DNA from: Deltaproteobacteria bacterium
Lineage (GTDB): Bacteria; Desulfobacterota; Deferrimicrobia; Deferrimicrobiales; Deferrimicrobiaceae
Direction: 5' to 3'
Length of the DNA: 64,000 nt
Assembly: GCA_016218975.1 (NCBI GenBank)
Contig: JACRCO010000071.1
Location: 7,723-71,722 of the forward strand
Below are positions 50,736-59,749 of the stretch, in pieces (within the stretch, counting starts at the first letter, position 1; the number at the start of each line of letters is the position of its first letter). The notes beneath the pieces were generated by a model. That model was not told where the DNA came from. It searched no databases and saw only the letters and a program-made list of their open reading frames with translations. The translations under genes were made by a program, and so were the position numbers.

Positions 50736-51437
50736 ATGACGAAGAAGACAGCCTTCTGGATTTTCCTGTTGGGCACCCTTTCGTCGGCGGTGCTTTTTCT
50801 TGCGCTTACGTGGGACACGCACCGGCAGGTGGTCGCCCTTTCTCACGCGGACAAGATAGACGACCGCGTGGTGGCCGGGAAAAGAGCCTTCGAAAAGTAC
50901 AACTGCAACGACTGCCACACGATCCTCGGGTTCGGCGCGTATTACGCCCCCGACCTGACGCGGGTGTCCCGGCGCGTCGGCGACGACGGGATCCGGTTCC
51001 GGATCAGGAATCCGCAGGCGGCGTTCGCCAACTCATGGCGGAAGATGCCCGACGTACACGCCTCCGACGCCGAAATCGAGGACATGGTCGCCTTCTTCCG
51101 TTGGGTGGGCGAGGTCAACAACAACGACTGGCCGCCGCAGGACAGTAAAAAGCGCCTTTCACGCGGCGAGCAGGTGATGGTCGCGTCGGTCGGGGTGTCG
51201 CCCGGCGCGGCGGTCTTCCAGTCGAAGGGGTGCATGAACTGCCACTCGCTGCGCGGGACGGGAGGTACGTTCGCCCCGCCCCTGGACACGATCGGCCGGT
51301 CGCTGTCCGCGGAGCAGATCGAGCATTACGTACGCGACCCGAAAAGCGTCAACCCGAACGCGAAAATGCCGCCGCAGAAGGATCTTACCGAACGCGAGAT
51401 CGATGAAGTGGCGAAATTCCTTTCGAGCCTGAAATAA
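50736..51437 (+). CDS. norC: Nitric oxide reductase cytochrome c subunit, di-heme
   Basis: N-terminal TM, CNDCHTILGFGAYYAPDLT, and a second CMNCH domain; upstream of norB. Confidence 0.9.
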   Translation: MTKKTAFWIFLLGTLSSAVLFLALTWDTHRQVVALSHADKIDDRVVAGKRAFEKYNCNDCHTILGFGAYYAPDLTRVSRRVGDDGIRFRIRNPQAAFANSWRKMPDVHASDAEIEDMVAFFRWVGEVNNNDWPPQDSKKRLSRGEQVMVASVGVSPGAAVFQSKGCMNCHSLRGTGGTFAPPLDTIGRSLSAEQIEHYVRDPKSVNPNAKMPPQKDLTEREIDEVAKFLSSLK

Positions 51438-51447
51438 GGAGGGGAAG

Positions 51448-52770
51448 ATGGAATACAAATCCCAGAAAATCGCCTACTGGTACTTCGCCGCGGCGCTGCC
51501 GCTGTTCGTGCTCCAGATCTTCCTCGGGCTGTACCTGGCGTACAGCTACACCTGGACAGTACCGCAGTCCGTCGTGGACGTCTTCCCCTTCTCGACGGCG
51601 CGCGCGATGCACACCAACCTCCTCGTCCTCTGGATGCTCCTTGGATTCATGGGGGGCACGTATTACATCGTCCCGGAGGAGACCAGGTCCGAAATCTATT
51701 CCGAAAAGCTCGCATACTTCCAGTTGTTCGCCCTGCTCGCGACGGGCGTCGTGGCGCTCGTCGGCTTCCTCTTCGGATGGACACAGGGGCGGCCGCTGCT
51801 GGAGATCCCGCGCCCGCTCGACTTCGTCGTGGTGGTGGGTGCGCTCATCTTCCTGTTCAACGTCGGCATGACGATGTTGAAGGCGGGGAAATGGACCGTG
51901 ATCCAGGGGACGCTGCTCGGCGGCCTCATCTTCCTCGCGCTTCTCTACCTGTTCGGGATCCCCTTCTATAAAAACGAAGTGATCGACTGGTACTACTGGT
52001 GGTGGGTCATCCACCTGTGGGTGGAGGGGGCGTGGGAGCTGGTCACCGGCGCCATCATGGCCTTCATCCTGATGAAGCTCACCGGCGTGGAGCGGGAGGT
52101 CGTGGAGAAGTGGCTCTACGTCGAGATCGGCCTCTTCCTCTTCACCGGGATCGCCGGGACGGGGCATCATTACTACTGGATCGGCGCCCCGCGGTACTGG
52201 CTGTGGATCGGGGGGATATTCTCGGCGCTGGAGCCTCTCCCAATCCTGCTGATGGTCATCGACACGATGCATCACGTCAAGAAGCGGCAGGCGAAGATCG
52301 TTAACCCCTTGACCTGGACCTACGCGGTGGGATGCGCGATCTATCACATGATCGGCGCGGGCGTCTGGGGGTTCCTGCACACGCTGCCGCAGATCAACTA
52401 CTATACGCACGGATCGCAGGTCACCGTGTCGCACGGCCACCTGGCTTTCTTCGGCGCCTATGCCCTTCTCAACCTCACGACCTTCTACTTCGCGATGCCG
52501 AAGTTGAAAGGAATCGAGGTGTACGACGATTCCCGCGGCAAGTACGGCTTCTGGATCATGTGCATCGCGATGATGCTCATGGGGCTCTTCTTCGGCGTGG
52601 CGGGAGTGCTGCAGAGCTACGTGGAACGGGTCATGGGGATGGGATACATGACGGCGCAGTCCTACATGCGGCTTTGGATGGGGGTCGTCTTCTTCTGCGG
52701 CATCTCGTTCCTTGCCGGGCTTTTGACGACGGTCGCCGACCTGCTCACCCTGCGGCCTGCGAAGGCTTAG
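51448..52770 (+). CDS. norB: Nitric oxide reductase large subunit (cNOR)
   Basis: ARAMHTN, WWVIHLWVEGAWE, GTGHHYYWIG and HGHLAFFGAY motifs. Confidence 0.95.
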   Translation: MEYKSQKIAYWYFAAALPLFVLQIFLGLYLAYSYTWTVPQSVVDVFPFSTARAMHTNLLVLWMLLGFMGGTYYIVPEETRSEIYSEKLAYFQLFALLATGVVALVGFLFGWTQGRPLLEIPRPLDFVVVVGALIFLFNVGMTMLKAGKWTVIQGTLLGGLIFLALLYLFGIPFYKNEVIDWYYWWWVIHLWVEGAWELVTGAIMAFILMKLTGVEREVVEKWLYVEIGLFLFTGIAGTGHHYYWIGAPRYWLWIGGIFSALEPLPILLMVIDTMHHVKKRQAKIVNPLTWTYAVGCAIYHMIGAGVWGFLHTLPQINYYTHGSQVTVSHGHLAFFGAYALLNLTTFYFAMPKLKGIEVYDDSRGKYGFWIMCIAMMLMGLFFGVAGVLQSYVERVMGMGYMTAQSYMRLWMGVVFFCGISFLAGLLTTVADLLTLRPAKA

Positions 52771-52781
52771 AATGGAAAAAT

Positions 52782-52826
52782 GAGGAGCTCCCCGGGTGCC
52801 CGGGAAGTAACCGCGGGGAGCGCCTC
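52782..52826 (+). terminator. Intergenic GC-rich hairpin after norB (terminator or mRNA-stabilising stem)
   Basis: GCTCCCCG (52787-52794) pairs with CGGGGAGC (52814-52821), extendable by GAGG/CCTC. No clear U-tract. Confidence 0.35.
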
Positions 52827-52861
52827 GATCGCACTTTGCATCTGACGCAAACGGAGGAAAC

Positions 52862-53806
52862 ATGGATCGATACACCAAGGGATTCGTCATCGCATCGCTG
52901 GTCTACTTTTTCCTGGCTTCCGTGCTGGGAATCTGGATGGGTTCTGCGGAGCCGGCAGGGTGGGTCCGGTTCACGCACGTGCATTTCAACCTGCTCGGCT
53001 TCATGTCCATGATGATCTACGGCGTCGGCTACTTCATCCTTCCCCGGTTCAACGGGCGTGCGCTCCGGTACCCGTCCTGGGTCAAGGCGCACTTCTACAT
53101 CTCCAACATCGGCCTGATCGGGATGGTGGCCGCTTATCCTTCGATGCCGTCGGCGGCGTTCGTGCTGTTCGCCGTACTCTCGGTCGCAGGTGTCGCATTG
53201 TTCGTCGCGAACCTCGGGGCGACGATGCTGCTTGCGCCCGCGGAAACGGGGGAAGCGGAGGAGGTAGAGGATGCACCGCCGGCCGCGGCGGGGGAAACCG
53301 CTCCCGAGCCGCAACCGCGTGTGGACATTGACCCGGACATGCGGGTCGGAGAGATTCTGACCCGGTGGCCCGACACGGTGGGCGTGTTCGTGGCGAACGG
53401 ATTCGCCTCCCTTGGGAACCCCGAGCACCGGGAGCAGGTTAAACAAATACCGATCACGCTGCGCATGGCTTGCCAGCGGCACAACGTCGACCTTGAGCCG
53501 ATGGTCGCCATGTTGATCTCGGCCGCTGGAGGAGAAGCGCCGAAAGCGGCGGCCGCCGGCCCGGGAACTTCAGCCAGGCCGCGCAAAGGCGGGCTCAGGA
53601 GGGGAGATCCGATCGGCACCGAAAACATCCTGGGCGAAATCCTGGACGTCTACCCGGAAACGACGAACGTATTCAGGAAGTACTACGGTGAAGGATGCTT
53701 CTCCTGCCCGGGACAGGCGACCGAGAGCGTCAAGCAGAGCGCGATGATGCACAACGTGAGCGAAAAGCAGCTTTTGTCCGAGCTGAACCGTGCCGCGGGA
53801 TTCTGA
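52862..53806 (+). CDS. Four-TM His-bearing domain plus two DUF1858-like domains
   Basis: HVHFNLLGFMSMMIYG TM motif; repeats IDPDMRVGEILTRWPDTVGVF and ENILGEILDVYPETTNVF...CFSCPG. Confidence 0.75.
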   Translation: MDRYTKGFVIASLVYFFLASVLGIWMGSAEPAGWVRFTHVHFNLLGFMSMMIYGVGYFILPRFNGRALRYPSWVKAHFYISNIGLIGMVAAYPSMPSAAFVLFAVLSVAGVALFVANLGATMLLAPAETGEAEEVEDAPPAAAGETAPEPQPRVDIDPDMRVGEILTRWPDTVGVFVANGFASLGNPEHREQVKQIPITLRMACQRHNVDLEPMVAMLISAAGGEAPKAAAAGPGTSARPRKGGLRRGDPIGTENILGEILDVYPETTNVFRKYYGEGCFSCPGQATESVKQSAMMHNVSEKQLLSELNRAAGF

Positions 53807-53822
53807 TGAGGGGGGGGGGAAG

Positions 53823-54215
53823 ATGATAGAGCGGATGCAGGAACTGCTGGAAGCCGAGAGGGCGGGAGTCGCCTGCCTGGGGGCGATGGCGGAGAAGGCC
53901 CCTCCGGGGGAAATGAGGGACTTTCTGATAAAATTGCGGAACGACGAGGGGAAGTTCTGCGCGGGCCTTTACCGGCTCATCGAATCGCGGGGATCGACCC
54001 CCCGGCAGAAGGTCGGGGCCTTCGCCGAAAAGGTCCTCGCCCTTCCGGGGGATTCCGAGCGGCTCGCGCTGCTCGTCAAGGGGCAGGCCTGGGTCGTTCG
54101 GAAGATCGACGAGATTCCCGCCGAAGAGATGACGCCCGGCGAGAAGGACTTCTTCGCCGGCATGCGGGAAGACCACGTCGTCAACATCGAAGCCTGCCGC
54201 AAATATTTACCATAA
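53823..54215 (+). CDS. Ferritin-like four-helix protein (DUF6306-like)
   Basis: LLEAERAG, DEGKFC, GQAWVVRKI and H..NI motifs. Confidence 0.7.
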   Translation: MIERMQELLEAERAGVACLGAMAEKAPPGEMRDFLIKLRNDEGKFCAGLYRLIESRGSTPRQKVGAFAEKVLALPGDSERLALLVKGQAWVVRKIDEIPAEEMTPGEKDFFAGMREDHVVNIEACRKYLP

Positions 54216-54224
54216 GGAGGCTCC

Positions 54225-54578
54225 ATGCACGTATCCCGTTGGGAAGAAGTGGAAGGTAAAGCCGTAACCGATCCCGGCGCGAAGAACGTTTCCATCCGGG
54301 TGCTGATGGGCGACAACGTGGGAGCCCCGAACTTCGCGATGCGTCACTTTTCGCTCGGACCGGGCGGCAGCACTCCGTACCATACCCATCCCTGGGAACA
54401 TGAGGTATTCGTCCTTTCGGGAACCGGAAAAGCGTTGAAAAAGGGGGGAGAAGAGGCGGTTTCCCCGGGTAGTTTCGTCTACGTGGCCCCCGACGAGGAG
54501 CACTCCTTCGCGAACTCGGGCGATTCGCATTTCGAATTCCTCTGCATCATCCCGGCGGCGAAATTCTGCCTCCGATAG
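54225..54578 (+). CDS. Cupin domain protein
   Basis: HTHPWEHEVFVLSG ... EEHSFAN motifs; RBS AAGGAGG. Confidence 0.88.
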   Translation: MHVSRWEEVEGKAVTDPGAKNVSIRVLMGDNVGAPNFAMRHFSLGPGGSTPYHTHPWEHEVFVLSGTGKALKKGGEEAVSPGSFVYVAPDEEHSFANSGDSHFEFLCIIPAAKFCLR

Positions 54579-54582
54579 GGAC

Positions 54583-54815
54583 GGTCCTGTGTGAGGACAC
54601 CCTTGGGCGAATACGGAAACTGGTTATTCAGCAGGGGCGTGTAAACCAAAAGGAGACATCAGGACCGTCCCTGTTTTCGCGGGTCCTGTGTGACGACACC
54701 CTTGGGCGAATACGGAAACTGGTTATTCAGCAGGGGCGTGTAAACCAAAAGGAGACATCAGGACCGTCCCTGTTTTCGCGGGTCCCGTGTGAGGACACCC
54801 TTGGGCGAATACGGA
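54583..54815. repeat. Tandem repeat, 99-bp unit x about 2.35, with 13-bp inverted repeats
   Basis: Units start at 54583, 54682 and 54781 and are near-identical. AGGGACGGTCCTG (54577-54589) is the reverse complement of CAGGACCGTCCCT (54660-54672 and 54759-54771). Confidence 0.92.
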
Positions 54816-54885
54816 TTTTCTTTGTGACGAAAACGGTTTTTTTGCATCATAACGATGCCCGCCCGCATTTTGGGGCCAGCCCCGC

Positions 54886-54914
54886 TTGACCGAGCTGGAT
54901 TTATTATGTAAAAC
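54886..54914 (+). promoter_or_regulatory. Putative sigma70 promoter of the ACIII-like operon
   Basis: TTGACC, 17-bp spacer, TAAAAC. Confidence 0.4.
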
Positions 54915-54959
54915 GAGCGCTTACGGGGCAAGGGCATTCATGGAACCGAAAGGGGCCCG

Positions 54960-55457
54960 ATGCAACGACCAAGCCCGCAGGCCGTCATCGCAGCTTCCCT
55001 TTTCGCCTTCGCACTGATCGCCGCGTCGGTTGCCTCGTTCGCGGAGACCCCGCAGCCTGTCGCGTACAGCCACAGGATCCACGTAACCGACAACAAAATC
55101 GATTGCCGGTTCTGCCACTCTTCCGCAAACAAATCCGCCTCCGCGAGGATCCCTCCAGTGGAGAAGTGCATGTCCTGCCACCGGGTTATCGCGACGGACC
55201 GCCCGGAAATAAAGAAGATCGCGCAGTACTGGAGAGAGAAAAAGCCGATCTACTGGAACCGGGTGACGGAACTTCCCGATTACGTCTACTTCCCGCACAT
55301 GCGGATGGTCAACGCGGGCGTGCCCTGCCTTACCTGCCACCCCGGGATGGACCGGGCCGACGGGGCGGTCCAGAAGCGGGAGTTCACGATGGGCTGGTGC
55401 ATGGATTGCCATAAAAAGCGCGGCGTCTCCATCGACTGCTGGACGTGCCACATATGA
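54960..55457 (+). CDS. actA: Pentaheme cytochrome c (ActA/QrcA-like)
   Basis: Five CxxCH motifs (CRFCH, CMSCH, CLTCH, CMDCH, CWTCH); LPDYVYFPH and TMGWC motifs. Confidence 0.85.
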   Translation: MQRPSPQAVIAASLFAFALIAASVASFAETPQPVAYSHRIHVTDNKIDCRFCHSSANKSASARIPPVEKCMSCHRVIATDRPEIKKIAQYWREKKPIYWNRVTELPDYVYFPHMRMVNAGVPCLTCHPGMDRADGAVQKREFTMGWCMDCHKKRGVSIDCWTCHI

Positions 55458-57643
55458 AAAGGAGAGATTTCCTCAAACTCGGCGGCGCGACGGCCTTCGC
55501 GGCCCTCTTCGGAGGATGCGACAACCTGCCGAAGAAGCTCGTCCCCTTCGTCATCCCGCCGGAAAATTACACGCTGGGCGAATCTCTTTGGTATGCCTCG
55601 GTATGCCGCCAGTGCCCCGCCGGGTGCGGCATCGTGGTTCGGGTCTCGGAAGGGCGCGCAAAGAAGATAGAGGGTAACCCGCTCCACCCGGTAAACAGCG
55701 GGAAACTCTGCGCTCGGGGGCAGGCGGGCCTCCAGGCGCTTTATCACCCTGAACGGCTCGGGCGTCCGCTGAAACTGTCGGGGCCGCGGGGATCGGGAAA
55801 GTTCACCGAGACTTCCTGGGAAGATGCGCTTTCCATATTGATGACCGGCCTGAAAAAAATCCGTGCCGAGGCACCGGGCTCGCTGCTGATGCTGGCGGAG
55901 CCGATGAGGGGCCACCGGAACCTCGTCGTCCACCGATTCCTGCGCGCGTTCGGCGCCCCCGCTCCCGTGGCGTGGGATCCCTTCGGACACGACGCGCTCC
56001 TTGCGGCGAACGAGGATGTTTTCGGCATCCGCGACATTCCCGAATACGACATCGCCAACGCCCGTTATCTCCTCTCCTTCAGCGGTGATTTTCTCGAAAC
56101 GTGGCTCTCTCCTGTACATTACGGCCGCGCCTACGGCAGGATGCGGCAGGAGCGCCCCACGGTAAGGGGGAAATTCGTCCATTTCGGCCCCCGCTTGTCG
56201 ATGACGGCCGCGAACGCGGATGTCTTCCTGCCGATCGCGCCCGGAACGGAAGGTTTCGCCGCGCTGGGAATCGCGCACGTGATGGTGCGTGAGAAGCTCA
56301 CGCCCTCTCCCGCCGCCTCCTCCCTGTGGACGGCGGGTCTCCGGCAGATGACTCCCGAAACCGTGGGGGAGAAAACCGGCCTTCGGCCTTCCGACATCGA
56401 GGCCGTCGCCCGGGAGTTCGCAGGTAACCAGCCCGGTCTCGCGATAGCAGGGGATGGCGCCGCCGGATGCACGAACGGTACGTTCCACTTTTCGGCCGCC
56501 GCGCTCCTGAACGTCCTGGCCGGCAACCTCGGCAAGCCGGGAGGACTATCCTTCCCGGACCGGCGTTCGGCGTTTCCGCGGGCCGGCGCAGATGCATCCA
56601 CGCTCGCGCCTCTCCCCGAAAGCGGATTCGCATCCGTTCGCAACACCCTGGAAAAGATGCGGGGCGGCGCCTTCCAAGTGGCGCTGCTCTCGGGGGAGAC
56701 CAATCCGGCGTTCACGCTCCCGGCGGGGCTCAAGTTTCCCGAATCGCTTCTCTCCGTTCCGCTGGTCGTGTCGTTCTCCTCGTTCCTGGACGAAACCTCC
56801 TCACTCTCCGACCTCGTCCTTCCCGTTCCCACGTATCTCGAAGAATGGGGAGACGATATCGCGCCCGCGGGGCATTCGGGAGACGCCGTCGGCCTGCTCC
56901 AGCCGGTCATAGAGCCGTTCCGGGACGCCCGTCCCATGCCCGACATCCTGATCGCGGCGGCTAAAGAGCTCGGCGGCCCGGTGGCGGCGGCCCTTCCATG
57001 GAAGAATTTCCGGGAATGCCTGGAACAAGGCTATACCGGGATGGGCGTTAATCTTGAGAACGCCCGCAGGGAAGGAGGGATCTTCTCCCGGAAGGGATCG
57101 CTTTCACGCACTGCGAAGCGGGCTGGAAATCCTCCTCTTCCCAAAGCTATCGAGGCGTCATACGAGGGCGATGCGGCGCGCTACCCGCTCGTTCTTCACG
57201 TCTACCCCTCCATCGCCCTCTCCGACGGCCGCGGGGCGAACCTGTCGTGGCTGCAGGAGATGCCCGACCCCATCAGCACCGCCGTCTGGCGCAACTGGGT
57301 GGAAGTGCATCCGAAGACCGCCGAATCGCTGGGGATAGCGGACGGCGACGGCGTCGTCGTGACGTCCCCCTTCGGTTCAATGGAAGCGTTCGCCGTTCTT
57401 CATCCGGCGGTCGCGAAGGGAACGGCCGCCATGCCGCTGGGACAGGGGCACACAAGATACGGAAGGAACGCGGCGGGCCGTGGGGGGAACCCGTTCTCTC
57501 TCCTTCCCGTGAAGGATACGGCCGGGGCGAAGTCCCACGCGCGGCAATCGACGCGGGTCTCCATCGCGAAGGCGAGGATCAAGGGGAAACTGGTCCGTAC
57601 CGTCAACGTCGAAGGCCAGTGGAAGTACGAGAACATCCTGTGA
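55454..57643 (+). CDS. Molybdopterin-oxidoreductase-fold subunit with Tat signal (ActB1/QrcB-like)
   Basis: KRRDFLK Tat motif, possible lipobox GGC, CRQCPAGC...KLCARGQ and WLQEMPDP motifs. Confidence 0.85.
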   Translation: MKRRDFLKLGGATAFAALFGGCDNLPKKLVPFVIPPENYTLGESLWYASVCRQCPAGCGIVVRVSEGRAKKIEGNPLHPVNSGKLCARGQAGLQALYHPERLGRPLKLSGPRGSGKFTETSWEDALSILMTGLKKIRAEAPGSLLMLAEPMRGHRNLVVHRFLRAFGAPAPVAWDPFGHDALLAANEDVFGIRDIPEYDIANARYLLSFSGDFLETWLSPVHYGRAYGRMRQERPTVRGKFVHFGPRLSMTAANADVFLPIAPGTEGFAALGIAHVMVREKLTPSPAASSLWTAGLRQMTPETVGEKTGLRPSDIEAVAREFAGNQPGLAIAGDGAAGCTNGTFHFSAAALLNVLAGNLGKPGGLSFPDRRSAFPRAGADASTLAPLPESGFASVRNTLEKMRGGAFQVALLSGETNPAFTLPAGLKFPESLLSVPLVVSFSSFLDETSSLSDLVLPVPTYLEEWGDDIAPAGHSGDAVGLLQPVIEPFRDARPMPDILIAAAKELGGPVAAALPWKNFRECLEQGYTGMGVNLENARREGGIFSRKGSLSRTAKRAGNPPLPKAIEASYEGDAARYPLVLHVYPSIALSDGRGANLSWLQEMPDPISTAVWRNWVEVHPKTAESLGIADGDGVVVTSPFGSMEAFAVLHPAVAKGTAAMPLGQGHTRYGRNAAGRGGNPFSLLPVKDTAGAKSHARQSTRVSIAKARIKGKLVRTVNVEGQWKYENIL

Positions 57644-57665
57644 TGCGGGCGGAAGGAAACGCACG

Positions 57666-58367
57666 ATGAAGCACAAGTGGGCGATGGCGATCGACATGGA
57701 CCGCTGCACCGGCTGCGGCGCCTGCGTCGTCGCCTGCGTCGCCGAGAACAACACCCCGACCGCGGGCGAGGAGGAGGCCGGGAAGGGCCGCCTCATGCAG
57801 TGGCTCCGCGTGTCCCGTTTCTGGAAAAAGGAAGGGGAGGAAACGCGCGCGATCTTCGTGCCGACCCCCTGCATGCACTGCGAGAAGGCCCCATGCGAAA
57901 TCGTGTGCCCGGTGTACGCCACCTACCACGACGAGGACGACCACCTGAACGCGATGGTCTACAACCGCTGCATCGGGACGAGGTATTGCGCGAACAACTG
58001 CCCCTACTCGGTGCGCGTCTTCAACTGGTGGCCCGCAAAATGGGAAAAGCCGCTCGACGAGCAGCTGAACCCGGACCTTTCGGTCCGCTCGCGCGGCGTG
58101 ATGGAAAAATGCACCTATTGCATCCAGCGGATAAGGCGGGGCAAGGAAACGGCCATTAAAGAAGGACGGAAGATAAGGGACGGCGAGGTCATGCCTGCCT
58201 GCGCGCAGACCTGCCCGCCCGGGGCGATAATCTTCGGGGACCTGCTGGATCCGGAGAGCGAGATCTCCCGGACCGTCAAGGACACGCGGCTGTTCAAGCT
58301 TATGGAGCACCTGGGGACGGAGCCGAGTACGGTGTATCTCAAGAAGCAAAAAGGGCCCGGGCGATGA
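57666..58367 (+). CDS. Fe-S cluster subunit (ActB2/NrfC/QrcC-like)
   Basis: CTGCGACVVAC, CMHCEKAPC..VCP, CIGTRYCANNCP and KCTYC...CAQTCP motifs. Confidence 0.9.
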   Translation: MKHKWAMAIDMDRCTGCGACVVACVAENNTPTAGEEEAGKGRLMQWLRVSRFWKKEGEETRAIFVPTPCMHCEKAPCEIVCPVYATYHDEDDHLNAMVYNRCIGTRYCANNCPYSVRVFNWWPAKWEKPLDEQLNPDLSVRSRGVMEKCTYCIQRIRRGKETAIKEGRKIRDGEVMPACAQTCPPGAIIFGDLLDPESEISRTVKDTRLFKLMEHLGTEPSTVYLKKQKGPGR

Positions 58368-59749
58368 ACGAAAGGAATCACCTCGCCAGGCAGGGGGAAG
58401 GGAAACTCTACGAGGAGTTGTCCCGTTCCAACCTCGTCACCACGAAGGCGTGGTACAGGGCGGCGGGGATCCTGTTCGCGGTCACCGCGGGCGCTGCAGG
58501 GGTCTTCTTCTACATGATGGCTACGGGCATCGGGGTCACCGGCCTCTCCCGGCCCGTCATGTGGGGGACGATGATCATCCTCTTCGTCTTCTGGATCGGG
58601 TTGTCCCACTCGGGAACGCTGATCTCGGCGATCCTGCGGATAACCAGGGCCGGATGGCGTGCGCCGGTGCTTCGCGGCGCGGAGGCGATGACGGTCTTCG
58701 CGTTGATGGTGGGGGGCCTCTTCCCCCTCATGCACCTGGGCCGGAACTGGCGCTTCTACTACATGATCCCCTATCCCAACGATCGGTTGCTCTGGCCGAA
58801 CTTCCGGTCCCCCCTGCTTTGGGACATGGTGGCCATCGGCACGTATCTCACTGGGAGCATCCTCTTCCTTTATTTCGGGATGATCCCGGACCTTGCCGTA
58901 GCCCGGGACTTTTCCACCGGGTGGCGGAAGAAGCTGTACACGATCCTGGCCGCGGGCTTCCGTGGGACGCACTCCGAGTGGCGCCGCTACCACGTCGCAT
59001 CGACCCTGTTCGCGGTGCTCATCATTCCGGTCGCCGTCTCGGTCCACTCCATCGTGAGCTGGGACTTCGCCATGGCCATGGTCCCGGGCTGGCACAGCAC
59101 CATCTTCGCCCCGTACTTCGTGGCGGGTGCGATCTACTCGGGGATCGCGGGGGTCATCACGGTGATGGCGTTCCTGCGCAGGGTCTTCCGGCTGGAAAAC
59201 TTCCTCACGGAGCGCCACTTCGACAACCTCGGCAAGCTGCTCCTTACGATGACGCTCGTCTGGGGGTATTTCTACTTCGCCGAATTCCTGACCACCTGGT
59301 ACAGCCGGCTCCCCGAGGACTGGGCGCTCATAAGCTCATACGGCGGCCATTTCCTCCCGCTATTCATCCTGATGCTGACGTGCAATTTCCTCATTCCGCT
59401 GCCCGCGCTCTGCCTTTCGAAGGTGCGGAGATCGGTGCCCGCAATCCTTGCCGTCTCCCTCGTCGTCAACGTCGGCATGCTCGCGGAGCGTGCGCTCATC
59501 GTGGTCCCGTCCCTCGCGCGGCGAAACGACCCCTCCATATGGCTCAACTACTTCCCCACGTGGGTGGAAATCTCCTTCATCGTGGGATCGATCACGCTGT
59601 TCTCGCTCCTGTACGTGATCTTCGCCAAGCTTTTCCCCGTCATGGCGATAAGCGACATAAAGGAGCACCTCTTCAGAACGACCGACAGAGCCGTAGGCGG
59701 TGCCGTCGTACCGTCGGTGGCCGAAGAGGACGAAGGGGAAGGGAAATGA
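58364..59749 (+). CDS. actC: NrfD/PsrC-family quinol-binding membrane subunit
   Basis: FVFWIGLSHSGTLISA, HLGR, PNFRSPLLWD, SVHSIVSWDF and PGWHSTIFAPYFVAGAI motifs. Confidence 0.9.
   Translation: MNERNHLARQGEGKLYEELSRSNLVTTKAWYRAAGILFAVTAGAAGVFFYMMATGIGVTGLSRPVMWGTMIILFVFWIGLSHSGTLISAILRITRAGWRAPVLRGAEAMTVFALMVGGLFPLMHLGRNWRFYYMIPYPNDRLLWPNFRSPLLWDMVAIGTYLTGSILFLYFGMIPDLAVARDFSTGWRKKLYTILAAGFRGTHSEWRRYHVASTLFAVLIIPVAVSVHSIVSWDFAMAMVPGWHSTIFAPYFVAGAIYSGIAGVITVMAFLRRVFRLENFLTERHFDNLGKLLLTMTLVWGYFYFAEFLTTWYSRLPEDWALISSYGGHFLPLFILMLTCNFLIPLPALCLSKVRRSVPAILAVSLVVNVGMLAERALIVVPSLARRNDPSIWLNYFPTWVEISFIVGSITLFSLLYVIFAKLFPVMAISDIKEHLFRTTDRAVGGAVVPSVAEEDEGEGK

Noticed and set aside
52835-52851. Operator palindrome TTTGCATCTGACGCAAA
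   Set aside because: Single imperfect instance with no assignable regulator; could be chance.
54583-54815. CRISPR array (three 35-bp repeats)
   Set aside because: The two intervening 64-bp segments are identical and too long, and no cas genes are nearby. It is a tandem duplication.
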